Below are positions 23,413-34,499 of a stretch of DNA of 64,000 bases, one piece after another. Source of the DNA: an uncultured delta proteobacterium (lineage in GTDB: Bacteria > Desulfobacterota > Desulfuromonadia > Geobacterales > Pseudopelobacteraceae); NCBI GenBank assembly GCA_963772835.1, contig CAVYYZ010000008.1, positions 32,001 through 96,000 of the forward strand, given 5' to 3'. The notes below the pieces were generated by a model, which saw only the letters and a program-made list of their open reading frames with translations, did not search any database and had not been told where the DNA came from. A program made the position numbers and the translations under genes. Within the stretch, counting starts at the first letter, position 1. The number at the start of each line of letters is the position of its first letter.

Positions 23413-25554
23413 TTACACGGGGCGGTTGTCAAACCACTCCGTTACGGAGAGTTTTTCAGCCGATTTCCCATGTTTTTTCCCGAGACTTTCGGTCAGCTCG
23501 CCCGCATGCATCGGCATCGCCAGATAAAATCCCTGGACCTCATCGCAGCCGAGCCTGGTGAGGCTGTGCAGCTGATCACTGTTTTCAACCCCTTCAGCAA
23601 CGACCCGGAGACTCAGACTCTGTGCCATTGATATTATGGCCTCAATGATTGCGGAGTCACTTTCGTTGACAGAAACATCGGCTACAAACGATTTGTCTAT
23701 CTTGATCCGATCGACAGGAAAATGTTTCAGATAATTAAGAGATGAATAACCGGTCCCGAAATCATCGATGCTGAGCTGAATCCCCATCTTTTTAAGCGTG
23801 AGAAACGTTTCGATAGTTTTCTCCACATTTTCCATGAGAACGCTCTCGGTGAACTCAAGCTCAAGATTTTTTGGATTAACGCCTGTTTCATTGATTATTG
23901 TTGTGATCATTTCAATGAAATTGGGATGTTTCATCTGCTTTCCGGAAATATTCACCGCCATTTTCAGATTACAATGCTCTGTCGAGACCCATTCCCGCAT
24001 CTGAAGGCACGCGCTGCGGAGCACCCATTCCCCGACTTTGTTGATCAGTCCGGCATCTTCCAGGAGGGAGATAAACATTGCCGGCTGCATCAAGCCGAAT
24101 TCTGAACTCTGCCACCGCAGCAGCACCTCAACGCCCGCCATTTGTGACGTTTTTAAATCCCAGAGCGGTTGGTAATGGAGGAAAAACTCCTTCTTCTCAA
24201 GTCCTTGACGCAGGCTGTTTTCAAGTGCGACACGCTGCATGATCTTCTGATTCAATTCGGCTGAAAAGAAACGGAATTGCGACCTTCCCTCATTTTTTGC
24301 CTGATACATTGCAGTATCGGCACATCTGAAGAGAGTTGACGCATCAAGACTGTCGTCCGGATAGACGGAAATGCCGATACTGGCACTGGTGTAGATTTGT
24401 CTCCCTTCAATGTCGAAAGGTGTCGTGAAAATGGCCTGAATCCGCTGTATAACGGTGGCGATATTTTCCTGAGACAGGACCGCCGGACACACCACCACAA
24501 ACTCATCTCCGCCGAGCCGGGCCAGAACATCGGAGTCCCGCATGCAGCCGGAAAGACGCTCCGCAACCGAACGAAGAAGTTTGTCGCCGACATCGTGTCC
24601 CTGTGTATCATTTACATCCTTGAAATTGTCCAGATCGAGAAAGATGAGGTTGACCTTGTCCCGGTCACGTTGCGCCTGCGCCAGTGTCTGGTGCAGCTGC
24701 TCAAGAAACATGCCGCGGTTAGGCAGCCCGGTCACTATGTCATAATAGGCGAGCTGGTGTATCTTTTCTTCTGCCACCTTCTTTTCAGAAATATCTTCAC
24801 ATGTGGTAATAATCCCGAGATAACGGGCTTCCCCGTCGCACACGGAGATTGAGGTAAGCTGAGCCGGGAACTCTTCGCCGTTTTTACGGACATTGACGCT
24901 TTCGCGTCGCCAGACTCCGAGTTTCCGCAACTGTTCAGCGCCAAGCTGCCTGCTTCGACTGCCGGTAGAAAACTTTCTGGCTTCTTTTCCGATAAGTTCA
25001 TCGACCTTATATCCATGAATATGCGCTTCGGCAGGGTTCGAATAGATTATTATACCGTCGGTGTCGCAGAACGTTATACCGATCGGCAGGCTGTCCACCG
25101 CCACTTTCAGCATCTCCAGCCGCGCCCGGCTTTCCGTCAGTCGGATGACATTCCGGCTGGCCCGCAGCATGTATCGCACTCGATGCACCAGCAGTTCCGG
25201 ATTGAGCGGCTTGGCAATGAAGTCGGTGGCACCTGCCTCGAAGGCGCGATGGATTGAATCTGCGTTATCAAGAGCGGTCATCATCAGGACCGGGGTATAT
25301 TCTCCCCCGGGGAGAATCCGAATATCCTGGCAGGTTTCACAGCCATCCTTACCGGTCATGACCATGTCAAGAAGCACAAGGTCAGGATGGTCTGATGTGA
25401 AATGGTGTAGCGCAGAATCACCGTCAGCCGCCGTGGTTACCACAAAACCCGCCGCCGTCAGGGTATCCTGAAATATATTCCGCATGAACTGGTCATCATC
25501 GACAACTAGAATAACCGGAATTCCGGAGGAACTGATGTGTACTGTTTCAGACAT
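23413..25554 (-). CDS. response regulator REC-PAS-GGDEF-EAL c-di-GMP enzyme
   Basis: VVDDD/LLD/KP receiver; GGDEF; EVL and DDFGTGYSS EAL motifs. Confidence 0.95.
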   Translation of the reverse strand: MSETVHISSSGIPVILVVDDDQFMRNIFQDTLTAAGFVVTTAADGDSALHHFTSDHPDLVLLDMVMTGKDGCETCQDIRILPGGEYTPVLMMTALDNADSIHRAFEAGATDFIAKPLNPELLVHRVRYMLRASRNVIRLTESRARLEMLKVAVDSLPIGITFCDTDGIIIYSNPAEAHIHGYKVDELIGKEARKFSTGSRSRQLGAEQLRKLGVWRRESVNVRKNGEEFPAQLTSISVCDGEARYLGIITTCEDISEKKVAEEKIHQLAYYDIVTGLPNRGMFLEQLHQTLAQAQRDRDKVNLIFLDLDNFKDVNDTQGHDVGDKLLRSVAERLSGCMRDSDVLARLGGDEFVVVCPAVLSQENIATVIQRIQAIFTTPFDIEGRQIYTSASIGISVYPDDSLDASTLFRCADTAMYQAKNEGRSQFRFFSAELNQKIMQRVALENSLRQGLEKKEFFLHYQPLWDLKTSQMAGVEVLLRWQSSEFGLMQPAMFISLLEDAGLINKVGEWVLRSACLQMREWVSTEHCNLKMAVNISGKQMKHPNFIEMITTIINETGVNPKNLELEFTESVLMENVEKTIETFLTLKKMGIQLSIDDFGTGYSSLNYLKHFPVDRIKIDKSFVADVSVNESDSAIIEAIISMAQSLSLRVVAEGVENSDQLHSLTRLGCDEVQGFYLAMPMHAGELTESLGKKHGKSAEKLSVTEWFDNRPV

Positions 25555-25679
25555 TAAAAACTCCGTGAAGAAATAAACTGCAGGAAAGAGTTAACTCCTC
25601 CCCGCACTTGCCTCTCGTTGAGAACCATATCAGAAAATAGCGATAATATACATTGAAAACAGCTTGTTGCCGTGCCATG

Positions 25680-26696
25680 TCAGATCTTCCCCGTAAAAAT
25701 CAACACCAGGAACGCGAAGTAAAAAACCCCTCCGGCCAGAAGGATTCCAGGTGTCAGGTGTTTTTTAATGCGAATCTGCAAATACGCCATGCCGACTGAG
25801 GCGAAGGTCAGGGCAACGGTTAGCAGCGCCGCCCTGTTGAGCTGCCAATCGGTCATCATGATGCCGATGGCGGTAATGATCGACCCCTGGAAGACCATGG
25901 CGCCAGTGACATTGCCGATCGCAAGAGTATCTTTCCCTTTTCCGATCCAGATGACGCTGTTGAATTTTTCCGGCAATTCGGTTGCAATCGGAGCGATGAT
26001 CAGGGCCAGAATGAAAGGGGATATTCCCATCTGCATGGAGATGATCTGGACCTTTTCCACAAATATGTAAGAACCCCACACAATCAGAAGCAGAGAACTG
26101 AGAACCTGAAAGCCGATAATCGTCATCTGCGGGTCATGAGATTTGGGAGCAAAATAGCAGGGATCTATTTCTGACTCTTCAATCTCATGTGCTTCAGGTT
26201 CGCCGCCGCCTCTGAGGGTTTGCAGAACATACCCGCCGTAGGTCAGAAGGAGAGACATGGCGATAAAGGTCTTGATGACCGGGTGTCCCCCGAGAAAAGA
26301 TGCAGTTATCGCCACGGCGTACAGGATCAGAAAGTATTCCATGTCACGCCGCATGACGACCGTATCGACCCTCATGACGGGGTAGTCGTCACGCTTCTTC
26401 CTGTTCCAGATCACTGCCACTCCGCTGATGAAAAAGGCGAGTGTGCCAAGCATGAAGGGGGCACCGATAATGGCACCGACCCCTATTTTGTGGCCGGATT
26501 CAGGAGCTCCGAACATGATGGCCACGATCGGCACCAGGGTTTCCGGCAGGGCGGTGCCGACCGCCGCGAAGATGCTCCCAACCGCGCCGTCCGACAGTTT
26601 CATTTTTTTGCCGAACCACTCCAGGCCGTTTGTAAAGACTGTTGCTCCCAGCAGTATAATACCCAGGGCGATCAGCAATAATAGCCAGTTCATCAT
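25680..26696 (-). CDS. sodium:calcium antiporter family (CaCA) protein
   Basis: alpha repeats GTALPE and ATELPE; own MM start right after the out-of-frame kup stop. Confidence 0.85.
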   Translation of the reverse strand: MMNWLLLLIALGIILLGATVFTNGLEWFGKKMKLSDGAVGSIFAAVGTALPETLVPIVAIMFGAPESGHKIGVGAIIGAPFMLGTLAFFISGVAVIWNRKKRDDYPVMRVDTVVMRRDMEYFLILYAVAITASFLGGHPVIKTFIAMSLLLTYGGYVLQTLRGGGEPEAHEIEESEIDPCYFAPKSHDPQMTIIGFQVLSSLLLIVWGSYIFVEKVQIISMQMGISPFILALIIAPIATELPEKFNSVIWIGKGKDTLAIGNVTGAMVFQGSIITAIGIMMTDWQLNRAALLTVALTFASVGMAYLQIRIKKHLTPGILLAGGVFYFAFLVLIFTGKI

Positions 26697-26698
26697 GA

Positions 26699-28517
26699 TT
26701 ACATCTCCACCCGTGGTCACAACTCCCTGCAGCTTGGCTGCCGGGAGTTTGTTGAACTGCACGAAGTTGGGGGTCAGTTTCTTAATCAAAGCAAAAACCT
26801 TCCAGATGGGGTTTCTGGTCTCGATATCCTCGATGCCGTAGAATATGACTTTTTCGTTAATGCCGTGCTCTTTAAGCCGTGCTTCAATATCCAGCACCCT
26901 CATGTACCCGGCCTGTATTTCAAAAAATTCCAGACCGACTCCGACATCCTTATTATGGTGGCACGCAACCCCGAATGGTTCATCGGTACGGACTATGGAG
27001 ATGAAGATATTACGTTCATAGACAATATTGGAGCGGATTACGCAGTGGACGATGTAAGGGGGAATCACGTCGAGCCCCTTAAGGAAGAACAGGGCTGTGC
27101 CGGCTATGTGTCCTTTGGCGTAAATCTGTTCGTACGAAAGCATGAAAATGTCAAGCTCCAGCGGTCGTAAGGCTTTGTACAGAGAGCGTTGCCCGTTAGT
27201 CCAGATCAGGATGGTTGCAAACGGGATTGAGGCGAGAATGATCGACCAGTATGCACCATGGGGGAATTTGGAAAAAGTGGACGTGAAATAGACCAGATCA
27301 ATCAAGGTGATGACAATTACAATGGGCACTTTCCACTTTTTGGTGGTTTTGGAGAAGACGATGATCATCATGATTGCGGTAATGGTCATGGAACCGGTGA
27401 CCGCCATGCCGTAGGCCGCTGCCAGATTGCCTGACTTCTGGAAGATGAACATCACGAAAATCACCGCCACCATCAGGAACCAGTTGACCGCACCGATGTA
27501 TATCTGGGACTGGATGTGGCTGGAGGTGTAATCAACCTTGAAGAGCGGCATAAGGCGGGTGGTGATCCCCTGGTAGACAATGGAAAAGACACCGCTGATA
27601 ATTGCCTGTGATGCGATAATGGTGGCCATGATTGTCAGCAGCAGAAACGGAATGTAGAAGAATGGGGACTGGCTCTGAATCATGGCGAAAAGGATGTTTT
27701 TTGCCTCCGGGTGGGAAAGGATGAATGCGCCCTGGCCGAGATAGTTCAGATAGAGTGCGACAAAGACGAAATACCAGGCCCGAATGATCGGCTTCTTGCC
27801 CAGATGTCCCATGTCGGCGTAGAGAGCCTCGCCGCCGGTAGAACATAGAATCACCTCGGACAGGACGATGTAGCCGGCAAATCCGTTCGTGCGGAAGAAT
27901 TCCACTGCGTGCCACGGATTGATTGCCGTCACAATGCCGGGAGTGCCGGATATGGAAACCAGACCCGAAACCAGCAGAACCGAGAAATAGATTACCATGA
28001 TCGGCCCGAAGATACGGGCAACTTTGTCGGTCCCTCTCGACTGAAAGAAGAACAGGGTGAAGGCAATAAGGGCGGCAATCACAACCAGAGTTGATTGATG
28101 GGTGGCGGCAAGTGAGGGGATCAGCAGAAAACCCTCCACCGCTGAGAGGATTGAAATCGCAGGGGTGATGACGCCGTCTCCCAGCAGCAGTGAAACTCCC
28201 AGAAAGGAAAGGAATCCGGCAAAGCCGAGTACCCGTCCTTTTTTGAAGAGCTTGATGATGATCTCCCGCAGGACGATTTCCCCTCCCTGCCCTTTCTTGC
28301 CCAGGCTCATCGCCAGCCAGGCGTATTCTGCGGTCACCAGGATGGTCATGGTCCAGAAGATCAGGGAAAGGATGCCGTAGACATTGGCAATGGTCGGTTT
28401 GGTTACGGCGAATACTACTGTCAAGGTATAGATCGGGCTGGTGCCGATGTCGCCGAATACCAGACCGAGGGCCTTGACGATACCGCCCCAGAATGAATCT
28501 TCGTTCTTGAGGGTCAT
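26699..28517 (-). CDS. kup: KUP/HAK/KT potassium transporter (second copy); +1 indel near C-terminus fuses it artefactually to the antiporter
   Basis: GLVFGDIGTSPIY, GGEALYADMGH; removing one base near 26714 gives ...GVVTRVEM*, the same end as the first kup. Confidence 0.88.
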
Positions 28518-28550
28518 GAAGTTCCCTGTCTCATTGCAGTCAAATAATAT

Positions 28551-28577
28551 AAAAAAAGAGCGGCATTTCAGCCGCTC
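28551..28577 (-). terminator. intrinsic terminator between the two kup genes
   Basis: Minus strand GAGCGGC-TGAAAT-GCCGCTC + T7. Confidence 0.7.
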
Positions 28578-28626
28578 GCACTTATACACTATTTACTTGG
28601 AATTTGTCATCAATGATAGTGCAGGC

Positions 28627-30448
28627 CTACATTTCCACCCTCGTTACCACCCCCTGCAGCTTGGCGGCCGGAAGCTTGTTGAACTGTACGAAGTTGGGGG
28701 TCTGACGCTTGATGGTGGAAAACAGTTTCCAGGCGATGTTGCTGGTTTCAATGTCTTCGATACCGTAGAAAATGACCTTTTCCGAGATTCCGTTTGTCTT
28801 CAGAATCCCTTCGATATCCAGTATCTCCATGTAGCCGACTCTTATTTCGATCGCATCCAGGCCGGTTGCCAGCCCCGTTTTCAGATCTGTTTCCAGCCCG
28901 TACGGTTCGTCGGTGCGAACAATGGAAATCAGTACATTGCGCTCGTAAATGATGTTGCTGCGAATGATGCAGTGCACCATGTAGGGGGGGATGACGCTCC
29001 ATTCCTTGACAAAGAACAGTCCGGTGCCGGGGATATTCTTCCCCTTGGCGTAGATCTGGCTGTAGGCCATTTCGAACGTCTCGAAGTCCAGCGGTCGGAG
29101 CGCCCGGTACAGTGCCCGCTGCCCCTTGGTCCAGATGATAATGGTGATGAACGGGACCGATGCCAGAATGAGCGACCAGTAGCCGCCATGGGGGAACTTG
29201 TTCAGGTTGGCGAGCAGAAATACAAGATCGGCAAGGGTTACCAGCAGGGCGATCGGAACCTTCCATTTTTTCTTCGTGTGTGCGTAGATCATGGTCATCA
29301 TGATGCCGGTGATGGTCATGGTGCCGGTCACCGCCAATCCGTAGGCCGCCGCCAGGTTTTCGGATTTTTTGAAGACCAGCATGATCATGATCACAGCGGC
29401 CAGCAGCGCCCAGTTGATAGAGCTGATATAGATCTGGGACTTGAGGTGGGTTGACGTGTAGTCGACTTTCAGCAGCGGCAGGATACGGGTGGTGATCCCC
29501 TGGTACACGATTGAGAAAACACCGCTGATCAGGGCCTGTGATGCAATGACGGTGGCGATGATTGTCAGAATCAAGAAACGGTATGTAGAGAAATGCGGCC
29601 TCGTTGCGTACCATGCCGAACAGGACGTTCTTGGCATCAGGATGGGTGATGATGTAGGCACCCTGGCCCAGATAGTTGATCACCAGCGCTGCAAATACGA
29701 AGTACCAGGCCCGGACGATCGGCTTGCGCCCCAGGTGCCCCATGTCGGCATAGAGCGCCTCGCCGCCGGTGGCACAGAGGATTACCTCGGAGAGGACGAA
29801 GAAGCCTGCCAGGCCGTTTTCGTACAGGAACCGGGCCGCGTACCAGGGGCTCAGCGCTTTGAGAACAACGGGGTGATCAATGATTGAGAACGCACCGGAC
29901 AGGGTCAGGGAGATGAACCAGAGCACCATCAGCGGACCAAAGGCCCGGGCGACCTTGTCGGTCCCCTTGTTTTGAAATACGAAGAGTCCAACGGCGATAA
30001 TAGCGGCAATCAGGATCAGGATGTTTTGCGATGTGTGTTCCAATCCGGGAATAAGCTCTATGCCCTCGACGGCAGAGAGGATCGAGATGGCCGGAGTGAT
30101 GACACCGTCGCCGATCAGGAGGCAGATGCCGATATAGGAGAGGAAGGTGACAAATGCAAGTGTTCGCCCCGGTTTGATCATTCTGACCAGGATTTCGCGC
30201 AGCACAATGGTGCCGCCCTCTCCCTTGCGTCCCAGACTCATGGCCAGCCAGGCGTATTCGACCATGACAAGGATAATGAGCGTCCAGACGATCAGTGAAA
30301 TTATGCCGTAGATGCTTTCCTGAGATGGTTTGGTCAGGGTGACGATGACAGTCAGCGTGTAGATCGGACTGGTGCCGATGTCTCCGAACACCAGTCCCAG
30401 GGCCTTGACGATTCCGCCCCAGTATGAACCTGCTTCATGCTGCTTCAT
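28627..30448 (-). CDS. kup: KUP/HAK/KT potassium transporter (first copy); one frameshift at ~29575
   Basis: Kup motifs split across ORFs 28748..30448 and 28627..29661, joining at FLYIPFLILTIIAT. Confidence 0.88.
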
Positions 30449-30492
30449 GGTAATGTGCCTCCGTCAATAAATCCTGTGAGGCTGAACTTCGG

Positions 30493-30524
30493 AAAACGAA
30501 AAGCCGCCGGGATGAACCGGCGGC
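30493..30524 (-). terminator. riboswitch expression-platform terminator
   Basis: Minus strand GCCGCCGG-TTCATC-CCGGCGGC-TTTTCGTTTT between aptamer and kup start. Confidence 0.8.
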
Positions 30525-30539
30525 CCGTAGCCGCTGTTG

Positions 30540-30670
30540 CGCCCTTCCAGTTGCCTACGAGGTTAGCTGACGGGCTCGGGATTGGAAGTTCCCTATCCGG
30601 CATCAGTGCCGGAATTCGCCCCTGCTGATCGGGTCCCCCGCATCCGTTATTAACGGATCTCGGCTGCAAT
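30540..30670 (-). ncRNA. c-di-AMP riboswitch (ydaO/yuaA leader)
   Basis: Minus strand GCCGAGATCCG..CGGATGCGGGGGACCC..GGGGCGAAT..TAGGG..CCCGAGCCCGTCAGCTAACCTCGTAGGC matches the ydaO consensus; upstream of K+ transporters. Confidence 0.9.
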
Positions 30671-30794
30671 TTCTGCTGATTTATACTCCTTCTGAAAGTC
30701 GTGTCAAGAAATTCGTGGTGCGCTGCTTTAGTGTTCAGCATTGTCTGGTAAACTGGAATCAATATAATCCTGGAAGCATGTCGGGAGCATATCC

Positions 30795-31103
30795 ATGAGT
30801 TACCGCACGATTCTTGCCGTTATAAACGAACACACCGGATCCACCGTGGCAGCACACTATGCCATGGCGCTGGCGGTGTCAGGAGAATGCAGGCTTGTGC
30901 TGTATTGTGCTCATGAAGAGAGAGACGGCACTCTGGTCTCCCTCACCGTAGACCGCCATCAGGGGGAGTACGGCCCCAACGAGATCCGTGAGATGCACGC
31001 CAGGTCACTGGCCTCCCTTCTGGCTGCCCAGTTCACCCATTTCCTGCTGCTGCTGGCTGCGGATGAAACCCGCAAGTGGTATGTCAGGCGCGCAGTGAGT
31101 TGA
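30795..31103 (+). pseudogene. chimeric remnant: USP N-terminus plus N- and C-terminal fragments of a cation P-type ATPase
   Basis: MSYRTILAVI...(USP-like); EYGPNEI...AQFTHFL (Cation_ATPase_N-like); LLLAADETRKW..RR (ATPase C-terminus-like). Confidence 0.55.
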
Positions 31104-31196
31104 ATTGTATTTGCTGTTTACACGGCGGTCAAAACTGGTAAACTCCCGCCTCAATATATTATATCGGGAAACCGGTTTCCAGGAGAGCACGATCAG

Positions 31197-31427
31197 ATGA
31201 TCTGCCGCTATTTTAAGGTCGCCCACCGCGACATGGTATTTCTCAAGTTTATTCTGGAGGCGTACGAGGGTATGAATGTCATGAGCACAGTTGACAACAA
31301 GGCTGGCATCATCCGCATCGCCATCATGCCCGGTTTTGTTGCTGATATGGATGATCTGCTTGCTGAGCTTGGTAAACAGGTGACGATGGAACCGACCGAG
31401 TGGCATGATGAACCCTGTGAATTCTGA
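31197..31427 (+). CDS. DUF4911-like small protein
   Basis: FLKFILEAYEG...STVD motif. Confidence 0.75.
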   Translation: MICRYFKVAHRDMVFLKFILEAYEGMNVMSTVDNKAGIIRIAIMPGFVADMDDLLAELGKQVTMEPTEWHDEPCEF

Positions 31428-32688
31428 ACCCAGCCACCGCAGCGCCAGATATGCCCTTGCCCTGCTGCTGGCGGTCAACCTGCTCAACTACGTTGATCGT
31501 CAGGCCCTGTATGCCGTTTTCCCTCTGATCAAAGCGGACCTGCAACTCTCCGATACCGGGCTAGGTTTTCTGGGGAGTGCCTTCATGCTCTGTTACATGC
31601 TGGCGGCGCCGTTCTTCGGGAGGTTGGGAGATCGGAGCAATCGTGCCCGTCTTGCTGCCGGTGGCCTGGCGGTATGGAGTCTTGCCACCATGTTGTCCGG
31701 CCTGGCCGGCTCATACCGGGTGCTGCTGGCCACACGAACGCTCGTGGGGGTGGGGGAGGCCAGCTTTGGCACGGTTTCACCCGGTTTACTCTCCGACTAT
31801 TTCCCCCGTGAACGCCGTGGTCAAATATTGTCGCTCTTCTATCTGGCTATTCCGGTCGGGAGTGCGCTGGGGTACATTCTGGGCGGACAGCTTGGTCAGA
31901 CATTCGGCTGGCAAACAGCATTTCTGCTGGTTGGTCTGCCGGGGCTGTTTCTTGCCCTTCCGTTATATTTTCTCCGCGACCCACGCCAGAGTCCTTCACA
32001 GAACACCTCTTCTCCCCGTGAACAGATAGTTCCCGAGCTGCGTCGCTTCTGGCAGAACCGGACCTACGTCCGCGCGACGCTTTCAATGGCCGCCATGACA
32101 TTTGCACTGGGCGGCCTGGCTCAATGGGCGCCTTCATTTCTCCTGCGCTCGTTCGGCCTTGAGGTCGCCCGTGGCAATACCATTTTCGGTATAATTACCG
32201 TTGTCTCGGGCATTATCGGTACTCTGGCCGGGGGCTGGCTTGGTGACCGTTTTCAGCGCCGCACTCCTGCCGGCTACCTGTACGTTTCAGCAATCGGGTT
32301 ACTGCTCGGTGCGCCGCTTATGATTCTGGCCCTGACAACACCAAGTCTGACGGTCTGTCTGGCCTCCATCTTTGCTGCTGAACTGTTTCTGTTTCTCAAT
32401 ACAGGCCCGCTTAATACCATTCTTGTCAATGTTGTGCCGCCCGGCCGCCGTGCCATGGCCTTTGCCATTAACATCTTTACCATTCATGCCCTGGGGGACG
32501 CCATATCGCCGGCTATCATTGGTTTCCTGTCCGATCAGTGGGGATTGTCGCGTGCACTGCTGATTACTCCGCTGGCGGTGCTGGTTGCAGCAGGCTTTGC
32601 ATATCTGGGTGTGCGGTATGTGGAGCGGGATCAACGGGCTGCGGAAGACACCAATACCTGCATGCCTCGGCCTGACCCTGATACGTAG
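31405..32688 (+). CDS. MFS transporter (spinster-like)
   Basis: LNYVDR, GRLGDR..R, RTLVGVGEA, multiple TMs. Confidence 0.92.
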   Translation: MMNPVNSEPSHRSARYALALLLAVNLLNYVDRQALYAVFPLIKADLQLSDTGLGFLGSAFMLCYMLAAPFFGRLGDRSNRARLAAGGLAVWSLATMLSGLAGSYRVLLATRTLVGVGEASFGTVSPGLLSDYFPRERRGQILSLFYLAIPVGSALGYILGGQLGQTFGWQTAFLLVGLPGLFLALPLYFLRDPRQSPSQNTSSPREQIVPELRRFWQNRTYVRATLSMAAMTFALGGLAQWAPSFLLRSFGLEVARGNTIFGIITVVSGIIGTLAGGWLGDRFQRRTPAGYLYVSAIGLLLGAPLMILALTTPSLTVCLASIFAAELFLFLNTGPLNTILVNVVPPGRRAMAFAINIFTIHALGDAISPAIIGFLSDQWGLSRALLITPLAVLVAAGFAYLGVRYVERDQRAAEDTNTCMPRPDPDT

Positions 32689-34346
32689 ACAAACGTAACG
32701 GTGGCCCCTTCAGCACAATCCTGCTCAGTTCGATAATCACACTTGAACTCATAGCGAAATGACTTGACCCTGCTGTCGGGCGGCAGCTTCAGATCGTCCG
32801 GAAGATCTCTGAGGGTGGGCCAGTAACACCTGCTCTCATGTGTCGATACGTAGGAGGGAAGCCTTCCCTTCAGCGGCATCTCATGGCAGCAGTAATCAAA
32901 AAAGAGCGCGTCGTGCAGTATTTCCCTGTCGGCTGAACCCGGCAGCGGTTCAATCAGCCGCGCAAAAAGCTCATAAACCCTTAGACAGGAGAGGCTGGAG
33001 AGGTTCTCGTTGCCCGCCCGTCGTGACATTGTGTCCAGTATTTCGGAGTACGTCCTGTTCCGGCGGAGAATCCGGAACGCTGCTGCAAACCCTCCATGCT
33101 TGCCGAACAGATCCATCAGGCGTCCGATTGTTTCAATCCGGCAGATGTCATCGTAGGAAAGCCACGGATTGCGCAGGATTGTATAAGGGGGGGATTCGGA
33201 AAAGGCGTATCCTTCGCGATACGCAATCGCCCGCATCGGAGCACCTTTGAGAACCTTAAGCGGTTCAACCTGGATCATATCCGGTTTCAGCTCTGCAATT
33301 GTCTGCAGAGAGTTCAAAAACCCGCCATAATTTTCCCCCGGAAGTCCAGCTACAAGATCGAGATGCAGTTCAATCCGCGTTCCGGATCTAAGTCGACCGA
33401 CATTGGCAATAATCCGGGATAGATCAGCTGTCCGTCCCACCTGTTCAAGCGTTTCCGCCGCCGCTGACTGAATGCCGATTTCAAAGCGGAACGTATTTTC
33501 CGGAACGCGTGCCAGAGTCCGTATATTATCCTCAGTGAGAAGGTCTGCGGAAATTTCAAAGTGAAAGTGACTGCTCCGGTTATGCGACAGGATGAATTGC
33601 CAGATGGCATCCGCCCTTTCGGCATCGTAATTAAAGGTGCGGTCTACCAGTTTTATCTGCGCCACATTGCTGTTCATTAAAAACAGGAGATCTTTTTTTA
33701 TCCTCTCTAGGCTGAATGAACGGACGGCTCCCTCAACCGATGACAGGCAGAATGCACAGGAGAACGGACAGCCGCGTGATGTTTCGTAATAGATCAACGG
33801 CTTTGAAAAATCCACCAATCCGGCTTCAAACGGTGACGGGAGCGAGTCAAGCGCAAGCTGCTTTCTGCTTAACGGCCCTGATACGGTATCGCTGCCGTCT
33901 CGAAAAAACAGGTTGTCGGTCCCGGCCAGGAGGTACTTCAATTGATCTGCATTGTTTTGCAGCAGCAGTTCTATCAGCCCCCTGAATGTTTCCTCCCCTT
34001 CACCTTTGATCACATAGTCGATAGCACCGTTGTCATGCATGAGATCGAATATCCCGAACGAAACCTCCGGCCCCCCCAGAAGGATGCCGGTCTGCGGAGA
34101 TATCTTCTTGATGTCGGAAATGATGCGCAGGGTCTGTTCGATGTTCCAGATATAGCAGGAGAAGGCCACCAGGTCGGCCTCCTCAGCCATGACGAGTCTC
34201 AGGAGATGCTCGCGCGGTTCATTGACGGTCCATTCGCGAATAGTCATATCGACGTCCGGGATGTCCCGGCAGTAGGCAGCCAGGCAGGGGAGCGCCAGCG
34301 ATGCGTGTGCGTATTTGGCGTGCAGGGTAGTGAGAAGTATTTTCAT
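32631..34346 (-). CDS. B12-binding radical SAM protein (DUF4080 C-terminus)
   Basis: FSCYIWN, LGGPEVS, ETSRGCPFSCAFC. Confidence 0.88.
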   Translation of the reverse strand: MKILLTTLHAKYAHASLALPCLAAYCRDIPDVDMTIREWTVNEPREHLLRLVMAEEADLVAFSCYIWNIEQTLRIISDIKKISPQTGILLGGPEVSFGIFDLMHDNGAIDYVIKGEGEETFRGLIELLLQNNADQLKYLLAGTDNLFFRDGSDTVSGPLSRKQLALDSLPSPFEAGLVDFSKPLIYYETSRGCPFSCAFCLSSVEGAVRSFSLERIKKDLLFLMNSNVAQIKLVDRTFNYDAERADAIWQFILSHNRSSHFHFEISADLLTEDNIRTLARVPENTFRFEIGIQSAAAETLEQVGRTADLSRIIANVGRLRSGTRIELHLDLVAGLPGENYGGFLNSLQTIAELKPDMIQVEPLKVLKGAPMRAIAYREGYAFSESPPYTILRNPWLSYDDICRIETIGRLMDLFGKHGGFAAAFRILRRNRTYSEILDTMSRRAGNENLSSLSCLRVYELFARLIEPLPGSADREILHDALFFDYCCHEMPLKGRLPSYVSTHESRCYWPTLRDLPDDLKLPPDSRVKSFRYEFKCDYRTEQDCAEGATVTFVYVSGSGRGMQVLVSSAAR

Positions 34347-34378
34347 GGGTAGAAAATTAAGCCTAAAAACGGATTTTG

Positions 34379-34499
34379 GTCCACGAAAGACACGAACGTC
34401 ACGAAAATTAATGCAATACAGCAGGATAAAAATTCTCCGGACAGATTGTGCATTGATGGTACAAAATTATACGGATCTTTGTTCGTGCTTTTCGTGGAC
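34379..34499. repeat. gene-less inverted-repeat element with CACGAA 9-nt periodic arms
   Basis: GTCCACGAAAGACACGAAC(GTCACGAA) ... GTTCGTGCTTTTCGTGGAC (17/19). Confidence 0.65.

Noticed and set aside
25680..28589. 969-aa Kup-Na/Ca antiporter fusion protein
   Set aside because: One extra base near 26714 hides the ...VTRVEM* ending shared with the paralog, and the antiporter has its own ATG; most likely an artefact
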